Below, in pieces: positions 1 through 7,117 of a stretch of 43,134 nucleotides of DNA. Each line of letters starts with the position of its first letter. Position 1 is the first letter of the stretch. This stretch comes from a virus: the IMG/VR virus record IMGVR_UViG_3300045988_126989; one strand, 5' to 3'. Made by a program: the position numbers and the translations under genes. The notes below the pieces were generated by a model. The model was not told the origin of the DNA and did no database searches. It worked only from the letters and a program-made list of their open reading frames with translations.

Positions 1-79
1 ATTATACCCCAATATACCCCAAGACAAATAAAAAAGCCTTTAAATAAAGGCTTAAAATTCGATGGAGCAGATGAGGGGA
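1..79. repeat. Terminal direct repeat, copy 1 (identical to 43056-43134)
   Basis: Base-for-base identity read directly. Contains tandem TATACCCCAA x2 (3-22) and a terminator hairpin. Confidence 0.95.
28..53 (-). terminator. Rho-independent terminator at the end of the late/lysis operon
   Basis: AAGCCTTT-aaat-AAAGGCTT (34-53), followed by a U-run only in minus-strand RNA. The second copy is at 43083-43108. Confidence 0.6.
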
Positions 80-198
80 TTATATAAATACCTCGTATCT
101 ATTGATATTTGATGTTATTTACATCATTATCCGCGTGTTTTGACATCACTTTGTTGTTTTGTACCCCAAAATGTACCTCACTGCTTCACGCAAGAAAG

Positions 199-227
199 AT
201 AATACAGTATAAACTATATTATGTCAA
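199..227 (-). promoter_or_regulatory. Near-consensus sigma-70-type promoter pointing toward the repeat/att end
   Basis: Minus strand reads TTGACA (227-222), 17 nt, TATTAT (204-199). It lies downstream of the endolysin stop. Confidence 0.5.
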
Positions 228-265
228 TCTTTTTTTATAAATTTTATTTTTTATAAATTTTATCC

Positions 266-1333
266 TTAAACAAATCTTCCGTATGGACTGGTATTGTATC
301 CTTTCGAATTTAACACACCAGCTTTCATCCAACGACGTTCACCTGTTGAAGCACTAATCCAACTAATCCAAACGAATCCTTCACGTTTTACATATCCGTC
401 ATATCTGACAGACATTCCGTTAGAGTAGTACAATCCTGTATCAATTCCTTTTTCTGTAGGTGCTTTTCTAATCTTTAATGTTGTGTTTGGATAGAATGTA
501 GCATTTTCTCTAGTAAAATCTGAAGGAATACTGTTTAATACAGCCTGTACTGATTGAGTTGTTGTTCCGCCAGGAACATGAGGGTCTGAATCAATACCTG
601 TGTCATTTGTCCATCCAATTGCTACACCATTACGATCTACACGATACGGATATTTGGCACCTTTAATCACTCTACCAATCGTACCATTCCAATCACCTTT
701 ATAAACTTTACCAGTACCATAGCAATTTACACTTAATGTATTTGTGCAGATAGGTGTACTAACTGAGTACTTCTCACCACTTGGAGCGCTTGGAGTACTT
801 GGTTGTGTTGGAGCTACAGTTTGACCATCCAATCTAGCATTTACTTCTTGTGCTAACTGTGGCATTTTCGAATGTAAATAAGGGCCCGGACAAGTGGTCG
901 CAGTAAACATTCTATGTTCGGTTAAGCTGCCATTCGCATTACCGGTGTAATTCAATCTGAATCCATATCGTTTACATACATCCACGCATAGATTTACCAA
1001 TGCATTCCATGCTTTAGGTGAGATCGTCCACGTATCTGTATTATCGTTAGCAATTTCAATTGTAATTGATTGGCAATCATTATAATAATTTGATGAAGTC
1101 CACGCTCTATTTTCTTCATCAACATTCGCAACAATTGTACCATCTGAACCAATACAGTAGTTGGCACTAGCTTCCCTTCCAGCTACCTGAAATGATCTAG
1201 CACAAGTCTCTGCTGACCATTGACAAGCCATGTGATGAGGTGTGATTTTACAGACCTTGTAACCACCTCTACCACGCATATAGTTATCTGTACTAGCAGG
1301 AATATATTTATTTGTTAAGCCTGAGTATGACAT
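266..1333 (-). CDS. Endolysin: N-acetylmuramoyl-L-alanine amidase (Amidase_2/PGRP type) with C-terminal SH3b-like cell-wall binding repeats
   Basis: 355 aa. Motifs ITPHHMA, ANYCIGSDG, SITIEIAND, EHRMF..TCPGP. SH3b-like C-terminus (..FVWISWISASTGERRWM..). Adjacent to the holin. Confidence 0.9.
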   Translation of the reverse strand: MSYSGLTNKYIPASTDNYMRGRGGYKVCKITPHHMACQWSAETCARSFQVAGREASANYCIGSDGTIVANVDEENRAWTSSNYYNDCQSITIEIANDNTDTWTISPKAWNALVNLCVDVCKRYGFRLNYTGNANGSLTEHRMFTATTCPGPYLHSKMPQLAQEVNARLDGQTVAPTQPSTPSAPSGEKYSVSTPICTNTLSVNCYGTGKVYKGDWNGTIGRVIKGAKYPYRVDRNGVAIGWTNDTGIDSDPHVPGGTTTQSVQAVLNSIPSDFTRENATFYPNTTLKIRKAPTEKGIDTGLYYSNGMSVRYDGYVKREGFVWISWISASTGERRWMKAGVLNSKGYNTSPYGRFV

Positions 1334-1425
1334 TCTTCTTCACCATCTTCTTTACCATTGCTCAATTCTGTTTGAGCTTCTTCTGGTAAATCTTCAAATT
1401 TTACTTCTTTTTCTTTATCACTCAT
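1315..1425 (-). CDS. Small acidic ORF between holin and endolysin (36 aa)
   Basis: MSDKEKEVKFEDLPEEAQTELSNGKEDGEEECHTQA. ATG is 7 nt after a GGAGG lying in the holin 3' end. Overlaps the endolysin start by 19 nt. Below the ORF-track cutoff. Confidence 0.25.
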   Translation of the reverse strand: MSDKEKEVKFEDLPEEAQTELSNGKEDGEEECHTQA

Positions 1426-1427
1426 TA

Positions 1428-1652
1428 TTATTCCTCCTCTGGTACACTAATTTCAGGCAATCCACCAATACTAGTTAATAACGAAACAACACCCGACAAA
1501 ACCGCGGACGAAATTACAACTCGCCAATCAACGGCTTCCAATAATGCAGATGCTCCAATGACTCCTACTGCTGTCTGAGCAATTGTTTTTAATGCTCTAA
1601 TACTAGCGTAATAGCCATATTGGACCCACCATTCTTTACTATATTTTTTCAT
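1428..1652 (-). CDS. Holin (phiLC3 / TIGR01598-like family)
   Basis: 74 aa, two hydrophobic helices, acidic tail. Pattern RALKTIAQTAVGVIGA..VDW..LLTSIGGLPE resembles phiLC3-type holins. Sits upstream of the endolysin. Confidence 0.8.
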   Translation of the reverse strand: MKKYSKEWWVQYGYYASIRALKTIAQTAVGVIGASALLEAVDWRVVISSAVLSGVVSLLTSIGGLPEISVPEEE

Positions 1653-1673
1653 TTACAAATACCTCCTATCCTA

Positions 1674-1710
1674 ATAATAGTATTTAAATCGTTTGTACAC
1701 TGTACAAAAT
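1674..1710 (-). promoter_or_regulatory. Putative late promoter for the lysis cassette: 19-nt palindromic box plus -10-like hexamer
   Basis: TTTGTACACTGTACAAAAT (1692-1710) is identical to 23708-23726. On the minus strand it is followed after exactly 12 nt by TATTAT (1679-1674). Confidence 0.5.
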
Positions 1711-1731
1711 AAAAGACCGTATTTAACGGCC
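1706..1731 (-). terminator. Terminator after ORF 1732-2214
   Basis: GACCGT-attta-ACGGCC pairs fully only as minus-strand RNA (one G.U pair), then UUUUAUUUU. It sits directly after the stop codon. Confidence 0.55.
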
Positions 1732-2214
1732 TTATTGATACATATTAAACATGTCTCGTATATGTGTCTTAATCATTGTTTTTTCTTCATCTGAATCAAC
1801 GCATCCATGAATCATAGTTACGATTTGTTGCATACATTTCATAGTCTTATCTAATTCACGATGAGACTTTTCTAAATCCATATCACCTTTTGTACGCTCG
1901 TATTCTTCTTTGAACGCTTTATATTTTTTCAAATGTTCTGCAAGCTTATAAACAATATCTTCTGTTTCTGGATCATGAATATTATATCCATCATTATCTT
2001 CTTTTAATCGAGCCACAGTTGAAACCCCATCTTTTCCTATCTCAATTTGATATTTATTTCTCATTGCTTCTATCGTTTCAATATCTTTGATATTATCCAA
2101 AGCTTGAGATAATGCATGGAAATAAGATTCTGCATATCCATATTTCTCTAACATGTTTACTGACTCATGCATTATCTTTTCATTAACTTCCATTGCTTTG
2201 TGCATATTTTTCAC
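1732..2214 (-). CDS. Hypothetical helical protein (160 aa), last gene of the accessory cassette
   Basis: Intact ORF abutting 2215-2634. No recognisable motif. Confidence 0.6.
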   Translation of the reverse strand: MKNMHKAMEVNEKIMHESVNMLEKYGYAESYFHALSQALDNIKDIETIEAMRNKYQIEIGKDGVSTVARLKEDNDGYNIHDPETEDIVYKLAEHLKKYKAFKEEYERTKGDMDLEKSHRELDKTMKCMQQIVTMIHGCVDSDEEKTMIKTHIRDMFNMYQ

Positions 2215-2634
2215 CTACGCAATCTTTTTAATGATGATATTTGCATTTTGAACAGATAAATCCAAACCACTGTTATTTCCTAAAGTAATTGTGTAAGAAG
2301 CTCCACAAGGCACTTGAATCAATGTCGCTCCACTCACATTTCCATATGCGCTTGCAGTTGCAACAGTATAAATAGATTGTGTTCCTCCAATTACTTCTCC
2401 ATTTAGTTCAAGCACTAGAGAAGCTTGTCCTGCCGCTGCACTCGTAATATCCGCAGTATAAGTTACTTCATAGATTCCTTGTTTTGTTAGTGTAAACAAT
2501 CCACTTCCTAGATCGTGTGCCAACCATCCTTTACATGGACACTGGCATGATTTTGATCTTACACGATCTGTAGGAAACAAAACATTATTTGAATTATCGA
2601 CTGTCTGAACAGCCGTAGCAATACTATTAATCAT
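2215..2634 (-). CDS. Stand-alone BclA-C-terminal / C1q-TNF-like jelly-roll domain protein
   Basis: 139 aa. Pattern ..GIYEVTYTADI..ASLVLELNGEVIGGT..SGATLIQVPCGASYTITLGNNS..NANIIIKKI resembles the BclA/C1q-like C-terminal domain. No collagen repeats. Confidence 0.5.
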   Translation of the reverse strand: MINSIATAVQTVDNSNNVLFPTDRVRSKSCQCPCKGWLAHDLGSGLFTLTKQGIYEVTYTADITSAAAGQASLVLELNGEVIGGTQSIYTVATASAYGNVSGATLIQVPCGASYTITLGNNSGLDLSVQNANIIIKKIA

Positions 2635-2658
2635 TTCTTTTATCCTCCTATTAAAATA

Positions 2659-2703
2659 GGGATAGCCTTTCGACTATCCCGTTAAATCCAAAGGCAATTG
2701 CCT
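2659..2703 (-). terminator. Two intergenic hairpins (attenuator-like) between 2722-3345 and 2215-2634
   Basis: GGGATAG-8nt-CTATCCC (2659-2680), followed by a U-rich run on the minus strand. 12-bp palindrome AGGCAATTGCCT (2692-2703). Confidence 0.35.
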
Positions 2704-2721
2704 AATCACATATGTGCTAGA

Positions 2722-3345
2722 TTATAAGTTGTTGTAGCCATTACATCCACATCCGTTGTTATAAGCGTAATATGGTGAACATGTAATGTAAGCTGGTTTT
2801 GGTGTAGGTTGCAAAGTATTAATGATGTTTGCTGATTGTGCCTGTTGACTTAATTGGAAATTAGCCGTCAATAATTCACGGTCACGATCAGCTAAACGAT
2901 CACGTAATTCTTGCATTGTGTTAGCATTGATCAACGCACGTGTAGCTTCACCTTCTGAATGAATTGCTGTTGTAATGTCACAAGTGTTTTTGAAACTTTG
3001 AGCATTTACATTATCAATTGCACGTTGAGTGTTGCAGCAACATTCTTGTTGCTGAGCTTGCAAGTTTTGAAGTCCTAACTGATTAGTATAGCGACTTTCT
3101 AATACATCACGTTGAGTTTGACAACCTGTTTGAGATACATTTGTGTTTGTGTTAAAAATGTCTCGTTTAATGAATTCTTCATTTAATAAAGAATCATTTG
3201 TTAGGTTTCCGTTGCCATATCCTCCATATCCAAATAATACGAAGATTAGCAAGATCCAAATCCACCAACCTCCTCCGTCTCCAAAGCCGTCATTTCTTTC
3301 AGCTAAGTTGTAAGTTGGTTGAATTCCCATTCCGTTTTCCATCAT
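2722..3345 (-). CDS. Membrane-anchored Gly/Trp-rich, Cys-cluster, coiled-coil protein of unknown function
   Basis: 207 aa. N-terminus GFGDGGGWWIWILLIFVLFGYGGYGNGN (TM). Also QQQECCCNTQ, NTCDITTAIHSEGEATR, and C-terminal CSPYYAYNNGCGCNGYNNL. Confidence 0.6.
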   Translation of the reverse strand: MMENGMGIQPTYNLAERNDGFGDGGGWWIWILLIFVLFGYGGYGNGNLTNDSLLNEEFIKRDIFNTNTNVSQTGCQTQRDVLESRYTNQLGLQNLQAQQQECCCNTQRAIDNVNAQSFKNTCDITTAIHSEGEATRALINANTMQELRDRLADRDRELLTANFQLSQQAQSANIINTLQPTPKPAYITCSPYYAYNNGCGCNGYNNL

Positions 3346-3386
3346 ATATGTTCTCCTTTCTTTCTATAATAACGGTTTATCCGTTG

Positions 3387-3629
3387 TTACCTGATTCCAA
3401 ACTGTTTTGCCATTTGTTGCAGTTGTTGCTTTTGTTGTGGATTTAAATTACCCATCATCTGATTTAAAATCATTTGTGGATTTTGGCCACTGTTCATAAG
3501 CATTTGAAATTGTTGAAATGCTTGTGGATTTTTCTGTGATAGCATATTCATTAACATTTGTTGGGGATTTCCCATATTCATCATATTCATTGGATTCATA
3601 TTTCCCATAATACTTTTTAAAGGATTCAT
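3387..3629 (-). CDS. Met/Asn/Gln/Pro-rich low-complexity protein (80 aa)
   Basis: Repeated NPQ(Q/M/A)..M/L units. ATGA overlap with the upstream stop. AAAGGAG lies 10 nt upstream of the ATG. Confidence 0.6.
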   Translation of the reverse strand: MNPLKSIMGNMNPMNMMNMGNPQQMLMNMLSQKNPQAFQQFQMLMNSGQNPQMILNQMMGNLNPQQKQQLQQMAKQFGIR

Positions 3630-4066
3630 TTTGTTTGTGCTCCTTTCTTTGGTTGTTCATTAGCTTGTTTTGGTGGTTTGCTTAATGCACATATCAAATC
3701 ATCTAATTTCTTTTCGATTCCATTTACACGATTTTCTATACTGTTAGAAGTATCTTCCGTGATTTCTTCAAATTTAAATTTTTTAAATGTTCCATCTAAA
3801 GATTTCATATAAAAAATAGATTTATTGTTATCAAATAAAATCGTTGGTAAATTTGCATTCGCAAAGTTTCTAGCTTCCTGCTCGTCATTCACCCATTTTC
3901 CATTAAAATCAAAATTACCTTGTTGTTGTGGTGTAATCTGATTATTAATATTGATAGGTGGAATATTTGCATACTGTTGTACTTGCTGAATTTGTTGATC
4001 TATCATTTGTCTTTTCTGCATCAAGCTGTCAATTCGTGCTTGTGCTGGATTATAATTGTTATACAT
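3626..4066 (-). CDS. Hypothetical Q/N-rich protein, first gene of the accessory cassette
   Basis: The ORF track gives 3626-4075 (GTG). ATG at 4066 lies 5 nt after AGAGGTGG, so it is preferred. Confidence 0.6.
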   Translation of the reverse strand: MYNNYNPAQARIDSLMQKRQMIDQQIQQVQQYANIPPININNQITPQQQGNFDFNGKWVNDEQEARNFANANLPTILFDNNKSIFYMKSLDGTFKKFKFEEITEDTSNSIENRVNGIEKKLDDLICALSKPPKQANEQPKKGAQTK

Positions 4067-4089
4067 TTCAACCACCTCTTTACGCTTTA

Positions 4090-4118
4090 ATTATATGGTT
4101 ACGTAATAAATAATTTAA
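4090..4118 (-). promoter_or_regulatory. Candidate promoter of the accessory cassette
   Basis: Minus strand reads TTAAAT (4118-4113), 17 nt, TATAAT (4095-4090). It sits between an upstream terminator and the cassette RBS. Confidence 0.4.
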
Positions 4119-4140
4119 TACTCGAATAATACTCATAAAA

Positions 4141-4178
4141 TACCCAAAATAAAATGAGCAACCATTATTGATTGCTCA
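4141..4178 (-). terminator. Rho-independent terminator after the sigma-r4-like gene
   Basis: TGAGCAA-10nt-TTGCTCA (4155-4178), followed on the minus strand by UUUUAUUUU. The 5' arm lies in the last codons of 4165-4398. Confidence 0.6.
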
Positions 4179-4398
4179 CATATTTATCGAACATTTTTCT
4201 TGCTTTGCATACTCTGTTCCTTATGGTTTGTACTTCCACACATAATGCATCTGCAATTTCCGTGCATGACATATCATACACGTACCTCATAATCAAAACC
4301 TGTTCATATTTCTTTCTTAATCCAACAGATTTGATAAGTATTAATGCATCATTAGGACGTATCTCTTTTAATCTGTTAGCTTTGTTAATATAAACCAC
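4165..4398 (-). CDS. Small sigma-70 region-4-like HTH protein (77 aa)
   Basis: LRKKYEQVLIMRYVYDMSCTEIADALCVEVQTIRNRVCKARKMF fits the region 4.2 pattern (L..R.V..LRY....EIA......TV..R...AR..L). No regions 2 or 3. GTG start with a weak RBS. Confidence 0.55.
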   Translation of the reverse strand: MVYINKANRLKEIRPNDALILIKSVGLRKKYEQVLIMRYVYDMSCTEIADALCVEVQTIRNRVCKARKMFDKYVSNQ

Positions 4399-4402
4399 CG
4401 CC

Positions 4403-4633
4403 TTAAATTCGTTGGTTTGAATTAGCTTCGCAAGAATTATTCACATGATCATCTTTCCAATAACCACGACAAACAATAGTAGAATAAAGAACAATAATTA
4501 CTAGGATTAAAACCGTAATAATCGTTCTACTTGTTTTATAGTTTCTATCAATTAATTTTGAACAAAAACCATAAATGTTATCTACTTTTTCTTCTACATT
4601 TTGAAGTTTCTTGTTTGCATCTTTAATATCCAT
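4403..4633 (-). CDS. Small membrane protein (76 aa, one TM)
   Basis: Central hydrophobic helix IITVLILVIIVLYSTIV. Translationally overlapped with its neighbours. Confidence 0.5.
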   Translation of the reverse strand: MDIKDANKKLQNVEEKVDNIYGFCSKLIDRNYKTSRTIITVLILVIIVLYSTIVCRGYWKDDHVNNSCEANSNQRI

Positions 4634-4916
4634 TTTTATTACGATCCTCCAACGCTTCTACACGTTTAAACAAAGTAGTTATTTGCTCTTTTATTTGAGA
4701 AAGCTCTACTTCCATTGAATTACTTCCTTTTTTAATTTCTGAAATTGAATCCTTTATATCACTTAAATCCGATTTAATATGTTCCAATTCATTCTTCAAA
4801 AATGCCATATTGGATATTTGCTCGCCATCCATCTTGCGTGTTCCACGATTATACGTAATAAATGCAATTACAAGCATGCATGCAGAAATAATAACACTAA
4901 GATATTCACCACTCAT
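4623..4916 (-). CDS. N-terminally anchored coiled-coil membrane protein (97 aa)
   Basis: TM LSVIISACMLVIAFITY followed by heptad-like KSDLSDIKDSISEIKK..LSQIKEQITTLFKRVEALE. AAGGA RBS. Confidence 0.55.
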   Translation of the reverse strand: MSGEYLSVIISACMLVIAFITYNRGTRKMDGEQISNMAFLKNELEHIKSDLSDIKDSISEIKKGSNSMEVELSQIKEQITTLFKRVEALEDRNKNGY

Positions 4917-4979
4917 ATTCGTTTTCCTTTCAAGTTTTCATCCTATATAAATGCAACAATTTACTAATTTCTTATCTAG

Positions 4980-6818
4980 TTAATTATTGCGAATTTCGTT
5001 GTTCCAAGCAACTAACTCAATATTTTCTATTGTTGAATCACTTGTATTTGGTTTAAGTTCAATTTGTCTGCTCACACTATTTCCACAAACAATTGCTTTT
5101 GTTTTAAGTTGGCTTGTACCATAATAAAGCAAACGAATTGTGTTATTTCCATATAAATAGTTATCTTTGATTGAAATAAATGATTTTGCATTTGGTTGAG
5201 AAGTGTTGTGGATAGAAATAGATGCGGTTGTATCTTTACTTCCAACTGTTTCAAATATACAACTTTCAACATTAAATTCCCCGAACATCCCAAGACCAGC
5301 ACCAATACAATTATGTGCACCCCATGCAGTATTTTCTGTATTATCTAGTTTCATTTGAACATTTATATATTTATTTATATAAGGTTTATCAAAAGATGAT
5401 GGATCATCATGTGAACAGTATCTTGCATTTTTAACATCAATAATACCACCATGTAATTCAAAACCATTAATTTCATAATCCTTTGAAGAATACGGACTGT
5501 AAGGAGCAAAGTTGAAAGGTGAGAATAATTCTTTTACATTGGCATTATCACCGCTATAATGAAATTTAATTATTGCATTTGATGACATTATAATTTTAAT
5601 ACCATTACCTAAATACAGACCTCTTCTTTCTGAGCGTTCAAAGTTATTAAAAAAGTTATCGCCATAAATAGCTTTAAATTCTTCTTCAATGTCGTATTCG
5701 CCATCATCTACATATACCATTGAATTCTTATACTTTACTGCTTCAGTGACTACTGCCGAGAATGATTTATCCGTTCTGTTTTTTCCTACATAATACACAT
5801 TTGGAACAGCGGTATTAATTAATTCATTTATTCCTTTTAAATAGTCAATATAGCGATCATATGGATAATATTTATCAACTTGGAAGCCACCGTCAACTAT
5901 CATTGCATAATCAATATATGCTGAATTAAACGCAACTTTAATATATTTAGCATTAGTAGGTACACTGTATAATGTTTCCGTTAATCCTCTCTTGCCTATC
6001 ACATTTTTTCCTTCATCAAATGCAACAATATATGTGTTAAGTGTATTCCATTTCCCAACATTATAGAACCCTAACACAATGCTATTGTGTCCAGATACAT
6101 CAACATAATCACTAGCACAATATTTATTGTTAGGATCATTTACGATATCTCCATTGTCATTAATAGTTTTATTTAATGTAACTGTATCTTTATTGAACAT
6201 GTTAGGACTAATATATTCATACACACCTATACCTTTTTCTAAATAGCCTAAATCTTCCTTTAGTGAATTAACTTGTGATTGCAAATTATCATTTTGCTTA
6301 TTTATCATATTTGATAACTCAGTATAGATTTGTGCAATTCTATCTTCTTCCTCACTACTAGGTGTATAAGATTTAATATAAATTCCATCAGGTGTAATTA
6401 CAGATGCAATTTGTGTAGACCATCTTTGATCAATTACACTTGAACTATTTTTAGTCATAACTGCGCTCATCGCAAAATGTAATACTCCTGAATTTTTCAA
6501 AGCATCAAATGGCACTTTCCATGAAAATTCACAAGTATCATTATTAATTGTTTTGTTAATCGCAATTGACTGGCCTTTAACTCCCCTAGAATCAATCCAA
6601 TTTATATAAACAATTGAATCTTGCATTTTTTGAATATCAGATAACGTGTTTTTGATTCTAAATTTAATCAGTTTAGAATTTCCATCATATTGCACTCCGA
6701 ACAATCTAGATACATTATTAATATTAATAGTATGTGTATCTGTATCAATCGTAAGATATTCATCATCATAATCATAAGCAACCGCATCAAAACTTAGTCT
6801 TGCTTTTAATCCATCCAT
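4980..6818 (-). CDS. Tail fibre / receptor-binding protein (BppU-N-like N-terminus, possible beta-helix C-terminus)
   Basis: 612 aa, last large structural gene. N-terminus ..TIDTDTHTININ..GVQYDGNSKLIKFRI resembles the baseplate-upper-protein N-domain. Otherwise called by position. Confidence 0.55.
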   Translation of the reverse strand: MDGLKARLSFDAVAYDYDDEYLTIDTDTHTININNVSRLFGVQYDGNSKLIKFRIKNTLSDIQKMQDSIVYINWIDSRGVKGQSIAINKTINNDTCEFSWKVPFDALKNSGVLHFAMSAVMTKNSSSVIDQRWSTQIASVITPDGIYIKSYTPSSEEEDRIAQIYTELSNMINKQNDNLQSQVNSLKEDLGYLEKGIGVYEYISPNMFNKDTVTLNKTINDNGDIVNDPNNKYCASDYVDVSGHNSIVLGFYNVGKWNTLNTYIVAFDEGKNVIGKRGLTETLYSVPTNAKYIKVAFNSAYIDYAMIVDGGFQVDKYYPYDRYIDYLKGINELINTAVPNVYYVGKNRTDKSFSAVVTEAVKYKNSMVYVDDGEYDIEEEFKAIYGDNFFNNFERSERRGLYLGNGIKIIMSSNAIIKFHYSGDNANVKELFSPFNFAPYSPYSSKDYEINGFELHGGIIDVKNARYCSHDDPSSFDKPYINKYINVQMKLDNTENTAWGAHNCIGAGLGMFGEFNVESCIFETVGSKDTTASISIHNTSQPNAKSFISIKDNYLYGNNTIRLLYYGTSQLKTKAIVCGNSVSRQIELKPNTSDSTIENIELVAWNNEIRNN

Positions 6819-6820
6819 TC

Positions 6821-7114
6821 CTAATCTCCTTTCACTTGAAGAATTCCTTTTAACGGTGTTTCTTTAATTCCATTCACATCAATACGAACCATCCAATTAT
6901 AAACACCAGCAGAAAGTTCATCCGTTTGGCAAATCACCTTCAGAGATTCATCAATTGGAATTTTAATCAATTCTTTGCCATCTTTATAAATAATAAACTC
7001 TAAAGAATCATCCTTACCAGGAACAAATAACTGTCCATTCTTATACTTAATCAAAATATCTGTATAGATTGTATCTCCTTGATTTATGAAAATATGATCT
7101 CTTTTAATTTCCAT
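6821..7114 (-). CDS. Small tail-tip associated protein (97 aa), unknown function
   Basis: Tightly packed between structural genes. Beta-rich. Confidence 0.5.
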   Translation of the reverse strand: MEIKRDHIFINQGDTIYTDILIKYKNGQLFVPGKDDSLEFIIYKDGKELIKIPIDESLKVICQTDELSAGVYNWMVRIDVNGIKETPLKGILQVKGD

Positions 7115-7117
7115 TCT

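Noticed and set aside
1-79. tRNA or tmRNA 3' end as the integration target inside the 79-bp repeat.
   Set aside because: The minus-strand reading ..TCCCCTCATCTGCTCCA.. can be forced into a T-stem/acceptor/CCA pattern. However, the identity would then extend about 60 nt past the tRNA end, and no T-loop or full cloverleaf is visible in the window. It cannot be supported from this sequence.
3448-3660. Alternative 70-aa minus-strand frame overlapping the M/N/Q-rich ORF.
   Set aside because: Its start lies inside the preceding gene without an RBS. In contrast, 3387-3629 has AAAGGAG upstream and an ATGA start/stop overlap.
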